DNA of 64,000 nt from an uncultured Chryseobacterium sp. (lineage in GTDB: Bacteria > Bacteroidota > Bacteroidia > Flavobacteriales_F > PHOS-HE28), in contig CAYXKE010000007.1 of the NCBI GenBank assembly GCA_964464935.1, positions 8,234 through 72,233 on the forward strand. The letters are read 5' to 3'. The translations under genes and the position numbers were made by a program. Below are positions 32,986-42,470 of the stretch, piece after piece (the stretch's first letter is position 1; every line of letters begins with the position of its first letter). The notes beneath the pieces are model-generated. The model ran no database searches and was not told the origin of the DNA. It saw nothing but the letters and a program-made list of their open reading frames with translations.

Positions 32986-33009
32986 GGCCCGCGAAGGAGC
33001 GGCCGGAAG

Positions 33010-33017
33010 TACTTTCG
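33010..33017 (+). promoter_or_regulatory. Candidate -7 box TACTTTCG, 5 nt upstream of the aroC ATG
   Basis: AAGTACTTTCGCCACCATG. Confidence 0.3.
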
Positions 33018-33022
33018 CCACC

Positions 33023-34111
33023 ATGCGTGGCAACAGCTTCGGCGTGGCGTTCCGCCTCACCACATTCGGCGAGAGCCATGGCGCCGCCATCGGTGGCGTG
33101 GTGGATGGCTGCCCCGCGGGCCTGGACCTGGACCTGCACGCCGTGCAGCTGGAGCTGGATCGCCGCCGCCCGGGCTCCACCCCCTTGGGCACCACGCGCC
33201 GCGAGGACGACCGCGTGGAATGGCTCAGCGGCCTGTGGACCGAACCGGAACGACCGGGACGGGCCACCACCCTGGGCACCCCGATCGGCTTCATCATCCG
33301 CAACCGCGACCAGCGCAGTGGCGACTACGACCAGCTCAAGGGCGTGTACCGTCCTGGCCACGGCGACCGCACCTGGGAACAGAAATTCGGTCTGCGCGAT
33401 CACCGTGGCGGCGGACGGAGCAGCGCCAGAGAGACCGCCTGCCGCGTGGTGGGCGGAGCGATCGCCCGTCAATTGTTGCGCACGGTGGGCGTCAACGTGC
33501 ATGCCTTCGTGCAGCAGGTGGGGCCCGAGGTGATGGCCCCCGCCCAGCCCGTGCAGTACGACCGCGTGTGGGACGATCCCGTGCGCTGCCCCGACCCGGA
33601 TGCGAGCGCCCGCATGGCCCGGCTCATCGAGCAGATGCGGACCGAAGGCGATTCCGTGGGCGGCGTGGTGGCCTGCCACGTGACCGGTGTGCCGGCCGGC
33701 TGGGGCGAACCCGTCCATGACCGCCTGGACGCCGACCTCGCACGCGCCATGCTCTCGATCAATGCCTCCAAAGGCTTCCAGATGGGCAGTGGCTACCGGG
33801 CCGCGGCCATGCGCGGCTCGATGCACAACGACCCGATCACGGCCCGGCCCACGGCAGGCGCCACCCACAGCGGAGGCACACTCGCGGGCATCAGCACCGG
33901 CGAGATGATCCACTTTGATGTGGCCTTCAAGCCGCCCAGCACCATCGCCCGCCCGCAGCACACCATCGACACGGAAGGCCGACCGGTGGTGCTGGAGGCA
34001 CGTGGCCGGCACGATCCCTGCGTGGTGCCGCGCGCGGTACCAGTGGTGGAGGCCATGACCTGCCTGGTGCTGGCCGACCACATGCTGCGCCAGCGCACCG
34101 CCCGCCTGTAA
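33023..34111 (+). CDS. aroC: Chorismate synthase
   Basis: GNSFGVAFRLTTFGESHG...RPGH...GGGRSSARET...SINASKGF. Confidence 0.95.
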   Translation: MRGNSFGVAFRLTTFGESHGAAIGGVVDGCPAGLDLDLHAVQLELDRRRPGSTPLGTTRREDDRVEWLSGLWTEPERPGRATTLGTPIGFIIRNRDQRSGDYDQLKGVYRPGHGDRTWEQKFGLRDHRGGGRSSARETACRVVGGAIARQLLRTVGVNVHAFVQQVGPEVMAPAQPVQYDRVWDDPVRCPDPDASARMARLIEQMRTEGDSVGGVVACHVTGVPAGWGEPVHDRLDADLARAMLSINASKGFQMGSGYRAAAMRGSMHNDPITARPTAGATHSGGTLAGISTGEMIHFDVAFKPPSTIARPQHTIDTEGRPVVLEARGRHDPCVVPRAVPVVEAMTCLVLADHMLRQRTARL

Positions 34112-34117
34112 GCACGT

Positions 34118-35404
34118 TCAAAGCACGGCGGCCACGGTCTCCAGGCCCACACCGCGTGATCCCTTCACCAGGACCACATGGCCGCTGATGGGCCGCTGCT
34201 CCAAGTGATGCGCCAAAGAGGCCGCATCAGGCCAGTGGGCGTCCGCCGGGGCATGCGGTGCGAAGGCGCCGCCCACGTACAGCGCCCGCAGGCCCAGCTC
34301 CTCCACCAGTTGCACGATGCCCCGGTGCTCGGCGTCGCTCACCGCGCCCAGCTCCAGCATGTCGCCCAGCACCGCGATCCGCGGCCGCTCGCTGGGCATG
34401 GCGGCGAAATTGCGCAGCGCCACGGCCATGCTCGTGGGATTGGCGTTGTACGCGTCGAGCACCAGCTGATTGCGCCCGGAATCCCGGAACTGTGACCGGT
34501 TGTTGCCCGGCACATACTCCGCCAAGGCACGGTCGATCGTGGCATCGGACACGCCGAAGTATCGGCCCACCGCCACGGCGGCCAGCGCATTGGGCAGGTT
34601 GTAGGCACCCACCAGCCGGGTGGTCACCGGCCGCGGGGCACCATCGGTGCCGATGTACGCCAGCTCCAGCCAGGCATCGCGCCCCACCGAATGACCGCGC
34701 ACATCGGCCTGCGCGGTTCCGTAGGTGGTCCGCGGCAGATCCGCCGCGTGCTGCATCAGCAGCGGATCATCGGCATGCACGAAGAGATGGCCGCCCGTGG
34801 CCGCGATGTGGCGGTACAGTTCGGTCTTGGTGGCCACCACGCCATCGAGGCTGCCGAAGCCCTGCAGGTGGGCACGTCCGATGTTGGTGATGAGCCCGTG
34901 CGTGGGCTCGGCGATGCGGCACAGCTCATCAATGTCGCCGGGTTTGCCCGCTCCCATCTCGATCACCGCGTAACGATGCGCGGCGGTGAGGCGCAGGAGC
35001 GTCAGGGGCACCCCGATCTCGTTGTTGAGGTTGCCCTCGGTGGCCAGGGTGGGGGCGTGGGCCGCGAGGACCGCGGAGACCAGCTCCTTGGTGGTGGTCT
35101 TGCCGTTGGTGCCGGTGATCGCCAGCACGGGCAGGTTGAACCCGCGCCGGTGATGGCGCGCCAGGTCCTGCAGCGCGGTGAGCACATCGGGCACCAGCAC
35201 ATAGCGCCCGTCCACGGCCACGGTGGGGTCGTCCACCACCACCATGCGGGCCCCTTGTTCCAGGGCCTGTGCGGCGAAGGCATTGGCATTGAAGCGGGGC
35301 CCCTTCAACGCCATGAAGAGACAGCCCGGCGTGATGCGGCGCGTGTCGGTGCATACGCCGGTGCTGGCCAGGAAATGGACGTGGAGGGCCGCGGTGGTGG
35401 TCAT
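34118..35404 (-). CDS. murF: UDP-N-acetylmuramoyl-tripeptide--D-alanyl-D-alanine ligase
   Basis: TDTRRITPGCLFMALKGPRFNAN...ITGTNGKTTTKE...NNEIGVP...DAYNANP. The track start at 35410 is TTG; the ATG at 35404 (MTTTAAL) is preferred. Confidence 0.92.
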   Translation of the reverse strand: MTTTAALHVHFLASTGVCTDTRRITPGCLFMALKGPRFNANAFAAQALEQGARMVVVDDPTVAVDGRYVLVPDVLTALQDLARHHRRGFNLPVLAITGTNGKTTTKELVSAVLAAHAPTLATEGNLNNEIGVPLTLLRLTAAHRYAVIEMGAGKPGDIDELCRIAEPTHGLITNIGRAHLQGFGSLDGVVATKTELYRHIAATGGHLFVHADDPLLMQHAADLPRTTYGTAQADVRGHSVGRDAWLELAYIGTDGAPRPVTTRLVGAYNLPNALAAVAVGRYFGVSDATIDRALAEYVPGNNRSQFRDSGRNQLVLDAYNANPTSMAVALRNFAAMPSERPRIAVLGDMLELGAVSDAEHRGIVQLVEELGLRALYVGGAFAPHAPADAHWPDAASLAHHLEQRPISGHVVLVKGSRGVGLETVAAVL

Positions 35405-35408
35405 GCGC

Positions 35409-35439
35409 AAAAAAAGACCCCCGGGCGATGCCGGGGGTC
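35409..35439 (-). terminator. Strong intrinsic terminator after gldJ, ending 4 nt before the murF ATG
   Basis: Perfect 9-bp stem GACCCCCGG / CCGGGGGTC (35416-35424 / 35431-35439). The minus strand reads GACCCCCGGCATCGCCCGGGGGTCTTTTTTTGCGCATG. Confidence 0.8.
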
Positions 35440-35460
35440 CGAAGATAGCGGGCGTGCGGA

Positions 35461-37215
35461 TCAGCGCTTGAGCTTGTCGCGGCGCTTGTCGTCGTTCATG
35501 CCGCGGGGGCTGCCCACACGGGTCATGGCACAGCGGAAGCCGATGGTGGCGGTGCTCTGACGCTCGTCCAGGAAGCGGCGCGTGGCGGGGTTGGCCCAGT
35601 AGATACGGTCGGCCCAGGATGCCCCCTTGTACACGCGGGCCCGGTCGTTGATCAGCGAGTGCTTGCCCCAGTCGTACATCGGGTTGCCCTCATACTCCGG
35701 CTGGTCGTAGTACACGCTGCTCTCCAGGTCGCCGTCCATGTAGTTGATGTTGTCGGCCACCCGGTAGTTGCGGCGGTCGATGTTCTCCTCCACGGTCACG
35801 TTGCGCCAGCGCAGTTCACCGGGTTGATCGCTCTGGTAATCGCTGATACCGCTCAGCAGCTTCGGGCAGATCTCCAGGTCCTTGCTCTTGATGTTCTCCA
35901 CCATGTCCTGGATGCGCTGCATGGCGGCGTCGTGCTTGCGGGTGTTCTGGAACTCGAGGGCCTGGGTCACGAACTCGAGCAGCTCGTCGATCAGGGCGGA
36001 TTCCTCCTCGGTGGCCCGTCCCTGCATGGCCTGTTGGAAGGAGGTGAGGTAGTACTCGATGCCCTCGATGTCGTAGTTCACCAGGTCATGCTTGTCCTGG
36101 ATGGCGCCATCGCTGTTCAGCACCTTGGTCTTGAACACGTTGCCGCGGAACGGACGGAAGTCGTCCTTGTCCTCGGGGCTCAGCGGGCGGTACACGTCCA
36201 TCACCCACTCGCTCACGTTGCCGGCCATGTTGTACAGGCCGTAGTCGTTGGGCCAGTAGCTGAACACCGGGGCGGTGATGTCGGCATTGTCGTTCAAGCT
36301 GCCGGCCACACCCATGTAGTCGCCCTTGCCGCGCATGAAGTTGCCGCGGAAGTCACCGTAGAAGGCGCCCCCCTTGCGGCGGTCGTCGTAACGCACCCAG
36401 TGGCCGTTCCAAGGATAGATGCGGCGTTCCACCACGCGTTCGTCAACGGTGTTGCCCACCAGGCCGAAGGCCGCGTACTCCCACTCGGCTTCGGTCGGAA
36501 GGCGGTAGCGGGGCAGCAGGATGCCGTCCTCCATCCGAATGTTCCGGGTATCGCGGTTGGGGTTGAAGTCGGTCACCCCGTCCACCTTCTTGCCGCTCTC
36601 ATACTGGCCGGCCAGGTAGGCGTCGGTGGTGAAGTGGTCCTGGTTGATCTGGTTCGGATAGTGCTCGAAGAGGCCCTCCCGGATGAGGATGATCTCGTTC
36701 ACCCGGTCGGTACGCCAGGCACAGTAGTCGTTGGCCTGGAGCCAGTTCACGCCCACCACGGGATAATCGCGATAGGCGGGGTGGCGCAGGTAATACTCCA
36801 CGTAGGGCTCGTTGTAGGCCAGCTTGCTGCGCCACACCAGGGTGTCGGGCAGGGCCTTCTTGTAGATCTCGGGGTAGTCGGCGGCGAACACGCGCTCCAG
36901 CCAGTAGAGGTACTCCAGCCAGTAGAAGTTGGTCACCTCCACCTCGTCCATGTAGAAGGAGGACACCGTGACGTTGCGCGGGATGTTGTTCCACTCGTGG
37001 GTGAGGTCGTCGGTGACACGCCCCATGGTGAACGTACCGCCTTCGATGAGCACCAGGCCGGGGCCGGTCTCCTGTTCCTCGAAGCTGGCCTTCTCGAAGC
37101 CGCCGTTCCGGGAGTCATTGTAGTTCCAACCGGTGGCGCCGCTCTTCTCGAACTGGCAGGCCGGGAGCAGCAGTGCTGTGGCGGCCACCAGGGCGATGTT
37201 CCTTGAAAGGCTCAT
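35461..37215 (-). CDS. gldJ: Gliding motility lipoprotein GldJ (FGE/SUMF1-like domain)
   Basis: Lipoprotein signal LLLPAC. Then GWNYNDSRNGGFE...LIEGGTFTMG...VSSFYMDEVEVTNFYWLEYLYWL. The murF-gldJ adjacency is as in Flavobacterium. Confidence 0.9.
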   Translation of the reverse strand: MSLSRNIALVAATALLLPACQFEKSGATGWNYNDSRNGGFEKASFEEQETGPGLVLIEGGTFTMGRVTDDLTHEWNNIPRNVTVSSFYMDEVEVTNFYWLEYLYWLERVFAADYPEIYKKALPDTLVWRSKLAYNEPYVEYYLRHPAYRDYPVVGVNWLQANDYCAWRTDRVNEIILIREGLFEHYPNQINQDHFTTDAYLAGQYESGKKVDGVTDFNPNRDTRNIRMEDGILLPRYRLPTEAEWEYAAFGLVGNTVDERVVERRIYPWNGHWVRYDDRRKGGAFYGDFRGNFMRGKGDYMGVAGSLNDNADITAPVFSYWPNDYGLYNMAGNVSEWVMDVYRPLSPEDKDDFRPFRGNVFKTKVLNSDGAIQDKHDLVNYDIEGIEYYLTSFQQAMQGRATEEESALIDELLEFVTQALEFQNTRKHDAAMQRIQDMVENIKSKDLEICPKLLSGISDYQSDQPGELRWRNVTVEENIDRRNYRVADNINYMDGDLESSVYYDQPEYEGNPMYDWGKHSLINDRARVYKGASWADRIYWANPATRRFLDERQSTATIGFRCAMTRVGSPRGMNDDKRRDKLKR

Positions 37216-37255
37216 GTCCGTGCAGGGTTGGTATGCGATCGTCCGATGGGTGCGG

Positions 37256-38233
37256 TCAGAAGGTGGGACAAGCCACCACGCGGAACCGTCGGGTCTTGGG
37301 TTTGCAGTTGAAGAGGAGCTGCATGCTCACCTCGTGGGAGCCGGCCGTGGCGGTGGTCAGGCGCGAGGTGGTGACATCGTAGCTGTAACCGAACTTGAAC
37401 TTCTCGGTGTGGAAGCCCAGCAGCACGATGAACGCGTCGCGGGTGCGGTACCACACCCCGGCGGTGATCGGTCCGTGGTCCACGTAGAGGCCCAGGTTCA
37501 ATTGACGGAACGCGGCCTGCTGCTGGTATAGTACGTTGGGCGAGATCTTCGTGCGCGCCTCACCGTACTTGCCCTTCATCCCCACGGGGATGGCCGCACC
37601 GGCGTGACCGGTGATCTTCATCGGCAGCTTGCTGGTGCCCACGATGAGCGACTCGTTCGGCTGGGTGAGGTGGTGGGCGGCGAAGCCCACGAAGAACACA
37701 TCGCTGTAGCCCAGCACACCGGCGCTGAAGTCGGCGTTGCCCACACTCCCCCCGCGGGGCACGTCCTGCGTGTTATAGATGAAGCCGCGGCGCGGATCGA
37801 TCTGATCGCCGAAGGTGAGCTTGCTCCAGTCCAACGACTTCTGGAAGTACGTGGCTTGGAATCCCACCTTCATGGAGAACTTCCGGGAGATGGCCTGCTG
37901 GTAGGAGTAAATGCCGCTCACCGTGGTGGTGTTGAGCGTGCCCTTGCCCGCTTGGTCATGGGTCACCAGAAGGCCCAGGCCGCCCATCATGCCATCGACA
38001 TGCTGGTCGTAACTGGCACTGGTGGTGACGAATGTCCCCGTCAGTGCGGGCCATTGGTTCCTATAGTTGAGCACCACACGGGGGCAGCGGGCCGTGCCGG
38101 CAAAGGCAGGGTTGAGGTAGAGCGGGTTGGCGTAGAACTGAGTGAACTGCGGATCCTGCGCACCCGCCTCGAGCCCTGCGAACAAGCCCAGTGCCAGCCA
38201 AAGGGCTGCACGCCGAATGGTCCATTCCATCAT
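37256..38233 (-). CDS. porP: PorP/SprF-family type IX secretion system membrane protein
   Basis: AQDPQFTQFYANPLYLNPAFAG...LNYRNQWP...GLGLLVTHDQAG is the family signature. The track start at 38239 is GTG; ATGs occur at 38233 and 38230. Confidence 0.88.
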   Translation of the reverse strand: MMEWTIRRAALWLALGLFAGLEAGAQDPQFTQFYANPLYLNPAFAGTARCPRVVLNYRNQWPALTGTFVTTSASYDQHVDGMMGGLGLLVTHDQAGKGTLNTTTVSGIYSYQQAISRKFSMKVGFQATYFQKSLDWSKLTFGDQIDPRRGFIYNTQDVPRGGSVGNADFSAGVLGYSDVFFVGFAAHHLTQPNESLIVGTSKLPMKITGHAGAAIPVGMKGKYGEARTKISPNVLYQQQAAFRQLNLGLYVDHGPITAGVWYRTRDAFIVLLGFHTEKFKFGYSYDVTTSRLTTATAGSHEVSMQLLFNCKPKTRRFRVVACPTF

Positions 38234-38266
38234 GCTCACGATCGATCAAGGCTTCTGAGCCGGCGC

Positions 38267-38274
38267 CAAGTATA
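38267..38274 (-). promoter_or_regulatory. Candidate -7 box TATACTTG upstream of porP/sprF
   Basis: Minus strand reads CCGTATACTTGGCGCC, 33 nt before the ATG at 38233. The 11-mer CGTATACTTGG also occurs at 52463-52473. Confidence 0.45.
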
Positions 38275-38413
38275 CGGATCCAAGGTCATTACGGTTCCAT
38301 TCCCCGACGCAATGATCCTCGGGTCCGGTACGTTGCCGGGGTGTCACCATAACGCGAGGGCCGAAGGTAGTATTTTTCGGCACCCCTGTTGATAACCTGT
38401 TCGATCCTTGTTG

Positions 38414-41400
38414 ATGACGCCTTCCCGCCATGCGCTCCTGCTGCTCCTCGTGCTCACCGTTCCCGCCCTCCATGGGCAGGTGCAGCGGGAAGTGAAACTG
38501 GATTGGACCGACGGCTATCCACTCCGGGTCCCCGCCGATGCCGTGCGGGACGAGGGGCGTACCGAAGAGCAAGGCCGCTCCCCCCTCCCCCCCTCGGCCG
38601 CATCGCGTTCAACGGCGGCCACCTCCGCCACCGCCGAACGCGCCGTCCCCTTTGCCGGCGCCTTCATCGACATGGAACGCGGGGGGCTGCCTTTCCATCA
38701 GGAGCTCATCCCCCTCGAGATGGGCGCCACGGGCCTCACTGCCCAACTGGTGCAGCCCCACTATGTGCCCGTGACCGCCGCCGAGCTCTCCGAATGGCCC
38801 GTGCTCCAGCAGTGGGCCGCTGCCGAACCGGAGATCGACGCCCGGATGGGCTGGAGCCGCAAGCGCCCGCATGCCATGGTGCGCGTGGTGCCCTTCCGGC
38901 GCAACCCCGCCACGGGCCGCATGGAAAAGCTGCAGTCCTTCCGCCTGGATGTGGCCGTGGAGCGCGGCACACCCAAGGGCGGGGACGGACCGGCCTACCC
39001 CACCTCCTCGCGCATGGCCCAAGGCCAGTGGTACCGCTTCACGGTACACCAGGACGGCGTGTACCAATTGACCTATGACTTCCTGCGCGACCTGGGGGTG
39101 GACGTGAACGGCCTGGCCTCCGACCAGATCAACGTGTATGGCAACCACCACGGCCTGCTCCCCTTCCGCAACGCCGACCTGCCGCCCACCGACCTATATA
39201 TAAATGCCATTCAGGTGGACGATGGCGGCGATGGACAGTTCGGCCCGGGCGACCGCATCCTCTTCCATGCCACCGGCCCGCATCGCTGGCAGTTGGTCAA
39301 CGGCCGCTTCGAACACGTGAAGAACGTGTACTGCGACTCGGCCAGCTACTTCATCGGCATCGGCGTGGACCCGCCCAAACGCATCACCACCGAGGCCGGC
39401 ACCTCCGCACCGGCCACGCAGGTGGTGACCGCTTTCAACGATCGTCAGTTCCGCGAGCGCGACCTGTACAGCCCCCTCAAATCCGGTCGCGACCTCATGG
39501 GCGAATTGTTCGACAGCGAGCTCACGCACTCCTGGAGCTTCAGCACGCCGTTCCTCGTGCCGGGAGAACAAGCCACCCTGGCGGTGCGCCTGGCCGCGCG
39601 CACCGTGGGCACGGCCAACTCCAGTTCATTCCTGGTCAGTTCGGGCAGCAACTTCGCTCAGACCATCAGCATTCCGGGCGTGGGCACCAACGCCACCGCA
39701 CGCTGGGCGAACGTCAATGCGCAGGTGATCACCTTCCAACCCTCCGGGTCGGTCATCCCGGTCACGGTCACCTTCACCAAACACGACCCCGTGTCGTCCG
39801 TGGGCTGGATGGACAAGCTGATCCTGAACTGCCGCCGCGAACTGCGCCTGAGCGAACCCCAGCTGCTGTTCCGCGACCTGCGTTCGGTGGGCCCGGGCGA
39901 AGTGGCCGAGTTCCAGTTGGGCCAGGCCGGCCAGCTGTACCGCATCTGGGATATCACCGACCCCACGAACGTGCGCCAGGTGGAATGGACGCTCGACGGC
40001 CAGACCGCCACGTTCCGCGTACCCACGGATGAGCTGCGCGAGTTCGTCGCCTTCCGCAACAGCGGCTTCCTCACTCCGGTGAAGGCGGGTCCGGTGCCCA
40101 ACCAGGACCTGCACGCCACCCAGCTGCCGGTGGACATGGTCATCGTGTGCCCGCCCGTGTTCATGGCGCAGGCCGAGCGACTGGCCCAGCGCCGCACCGA
40201 CGATGGCTACATCGTGCAGATCGTCACTCCGCAGCAGATCTACAACGAGTTCAGTTCGGGCGCCCGCGACGCCACGGCCATCAAGCGCTACATGCGCATG
40301 CTGTACGACCGCGCCGGCACCGACACATTGCTGATCCCGCGCTACCTCCTGCTCTTCGGCGATGGTTCCTACTTGAACCTCTCCACCGCCGCCACCAACC
40401 ACAATTTCATACCCACCTACCAGACCGCGGAGCTCTTCGACCCGTCGTACAGCTTCACCTCCGACGACTACTTCGGCCTGCTCGACCCCAATGAGGGCGA
40501 GGCGAACAACGACCTGCTCGACCTGGGCGTGGGGCGCCTGCCCGTGCATACCGTGGAACAGGCACGGCAGGTGGTGGACAAGATCCTCAACTACGACCGG
40601 CTGCTGATGCTGGCCGACGGCGGCACCGCCTGCACCAACACCGGCGATGGCGGCCTGCCCGACTGGCGCACGCGCGTGGTGTTCATCAGCGACGACCGCG
40701 ATGGCGAGGACATCGAGCAGAACACCCACATGGACCAGAGCGATCAGCTGGCCGAACGGGTGAACAACGAGCACCCCGTCTTCAACGTGGAGAAGGTGTA
40801 CATGGACGCCTATCAGCAGATCACCACGCCCGGCGGGCAACGTTACCCGCAGGGGAGCACCGCCATCCGGGAGGCGGTGCAGAAAGGCGCCCTGCTGGTG
40901 AACTACATCGGCCATGGCGGCGAAGTGGGCTGGGGCCACGAGCGCTTCCTTGACCTGAACACCATACTGAACTGGAGCAACCGGGACCGGCTGCCCTTGT
41001 TCATGACCGCGACCTGCGAGTTCTCGCGGTGGGACGATCCCGGACGGATCTCGGCCGGCGAGTGGGTGCTGCTCAACCCCAACGGCGGCGGTGTGGCCCT
41101 GATGACCACCACCCGGATCGCCTTCTCCGGCTCGAACTTCACCATGGGCGGGAAGTTCTACAACAACGCGTTCGAGCCGCTGAACGCCGACGGCACGCCG
41201 CAGACCTTTGGGGACATCTTCCGCAAGACCAAGGTGGCCAGCACCACGTCCGGTGCCAACCACCGCAACTTCTCGCTGCTGGGCGATCCCAGCCAGCGGC
41301 TGGCCATGCCCAAACTGAAGCTGGTGATCAGCGCCATCACCGACACGCTCGGAAACCCCATCGACACGCTGCAAGCCCTCGCCACTGTGCGCATCACGGG

Positions 41401-42397
41401 CTTTGTGGACAACGGCAGTGGACAGCCACTCACCTCCTTCAATGGCCATGTGGTGCCCACCGTGTACGACAAGGCCCTGCTGCAGGCCACCTTGATGAAC
41501 GATGTCAACGAGTTCAGCCAGCAGTTCACGTTCATGAACCGCAAGAACGTGCTGTACCGCGGCAAGGCCAGTGTGGTGAACGGCGAGTTCAGTTTCACGT
41601 TCGTGGTGCCCAAGGACATCAACTACGCCTACGGCACGGGCCGGATCAGCTGCTATGCCGAGAGCCCGCTGATCAACGCCGCCGGGTATGATAACACCCC
41701 CATCGTGGGCGGCACCGCGGACGATGTGCCGACCGACGAGCGCGGACCGCAGGTGGAACTGTACATGAACGACGACAGCTTCGTGCGGGGCGGGATCACG
41801 GACGAGAGCCCCCTGCTCTACGCCCGCATCTCCGATGAGAACGGCATCAACACCGCGGGCAACAGCATCGGCCACGACCTGCTGGCCGTGCTGGACGACA
41901 ACACCGACCAGGCCATCGTGTTGAACGACCTGTACGAGGCCGACCTGGACACCTACAAGAGCGGCCAGGTGCGGTACCGCTTCCACCAACTGAGCGAGGG
42001 CGCGCACAAGCTGAGCCTCAAGGCGTGGGATGTGCACAACAACAGCTCGGAAGCCACCACGGAGTTCGTCGTCGCCTCATCGGCCGAGCTGGCCCTGGCC
42101 CATGTGCTGAACTACCCCAACCCCTTCAGCACCTACACGGAGTTCTTCTTCGAGCACAACCGGCCGTGCACCACGCTGGAGGTGCAGGTGCAGGTGTTCA
42201 CCGTGAGCGGGCGCCTGGTGAAGTCCATCAACCGGCAGATGGCGTGCAACGGCTACCGCATCGAGGGCCTCCCGTGGGACGGCACGGACGAGTTCGGCGA
42301 CAAGCTGGGCCGGGGCGTGTACGTGTACCGGGTGGGGGTGCGCACCCCCGAGGGCGACCGGGCCGAGAAGTTCGAGAAGCTCGTGATCCTGCGGTGA
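38414..42397 (+). CDS. porU: Type IX secretion system sortase PorU (gingipain/C25-like peptidase)
   Basis: About 1327 aa. Has a signal peptide, a C25-type catalytic region (YIGHGGEVGWGHE...LFMTATCEFSRWD) and a C-terminal CTD-like tail (NYPNPFSTYTEFFF...GVYVYRVGV). The first ATG is at 38414; the track start at 38408 is TTG. Confidence 0.92.
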   Translation: MTPSRHALLLLLVLTVPALHGQVQREVKLDWTDGYPLRVPADAVRDEGRTEEQGRSPLPPSAASRSTAATSATAERAVPFAGAFIDMERGGLPFHQELIPLEMGATGLTAQLVQPHYVPVTAAELSEWPVLQQWAAAEPEIDARMGWSRKRPHAMVRVVPFRRNPATGRMEKLQSFRLDVAVERGTPKGGDGPAYPTSSRMAQGQWYRFTVHQDGVYQLTYDFLRDLGVDVNGLASDQINVYGNHHGLLPFRNADLPPTDLYINAIQVDDGGDGQFGPGDRILFHATGPHRWQLVNGRFEHVKNVYCDSASYFIGIGVDPPKRITTEAGTSAPATQVVTAFNDRQFRERDLYSPLKSGRDLMGELFDSELTHSWSFSTPFLVPGEQATLAVRLAARTVGTANSSSFLVSSGSNFAQTISIPGVGTNATARWANVNAQVITFQPSGSVIPVTVTFTKHDPVSSVGWMDKLILNCRRELRLSEPQLLFRDLRSVGPGEVAEFQLGQAGQLYRIWDITDPTNVRQVEWTLDGQTATFRVPTDELREFVAFRNSGFLTPVKAGPVPNQDLHATQLPVDMVIVCPPVFMAQAERLAQRRTDDGYIVQIVTPQQIYNEFSSGARDATAIKRYMRMLYDRAGTDTLLIPRYLLLFGDGSYLNLSTAATNHNFIPTYQTAELFDPSYSFTSDDYFGLLDPNEGEANNDLLDLGVGRLPVHTVEQARQVVDKILNYDRLLMLADGGTACTNTGDGGLPDWRTRVVFISDDRDGEDIEQNTHMDQSDQLAERVNNEHPVFNVEKVYMDAYQQITTPGGQRYPQGSTAIREAVQKGALLVNYIGHGGEVGWGHERFLDLNTILNWSNRDRLPLFMTATCEFSRWDDPGRISAGEWVLLNPNGGGVALMTTTRIAFSGSNFTMGGKFYNNAFEPLNADGTPQTFGDIFRKTKVASTTSGANHRNFSLLGDPSQRLAMPKLKLVISAITDTLGNPIDTLQALATVRITGFVDNGSGQPLTSFNGHVVPTVYDKALLQATLMNDVNEFSQQFTFMNRKNVLYRGKASVVNGEFSFTFVVPKDINYAYGTGRISCYAESPLINAAGYDNTPIVGGTADDVPTDERGPQVELYMNDDSFVRGGITDESPLLYARISDENGINTAGNSIGHDLLAVLDDNTDQAIVLNDLYEADLDTYKSGQVRYRFHQLSEGAHKLSLKAWDVHNNSSEATTEFVVASSAELALAHVLNYPNPFSTYTEFFFEHNRPCTTLEVQVQVFTVSGRLVKSINRQMACNGYRIEGLPWDGTDEFGDKLGRGVYVYRVGVRTPEGDRAEKFEKLVILR

Positions 42398-42427
42398 TCG
42401 CCGCACAATAAGCCCCCCGGTTCCGCG

Positions 42428-42435
42428 TATATTTG
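42428..42435 (+). promoter_or_regulatory. Perfect -7 box TATATTTG upstream of porV
   Basis: GCGTATATTTGCCGTCC, 35 nt before the ATG at 42471. The 11-mer TATATTTGCCG recurs at 46283-46293. Confidence 0.5.
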
Positions 42436-42470
42436 CCGTCCTTTTCCCGCTCCAGATCAGCATTTTCCGC

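Noticed and set aside
30445-33303. 952-aa minus-strand ORF opposite the lptD-like gene and the aroC start
   Set aside because: Antisense shadow ORF. The composition (Val/Ala/Gly/His/Pro runs) is non-protein-like and it spans two real plus-strand genes.
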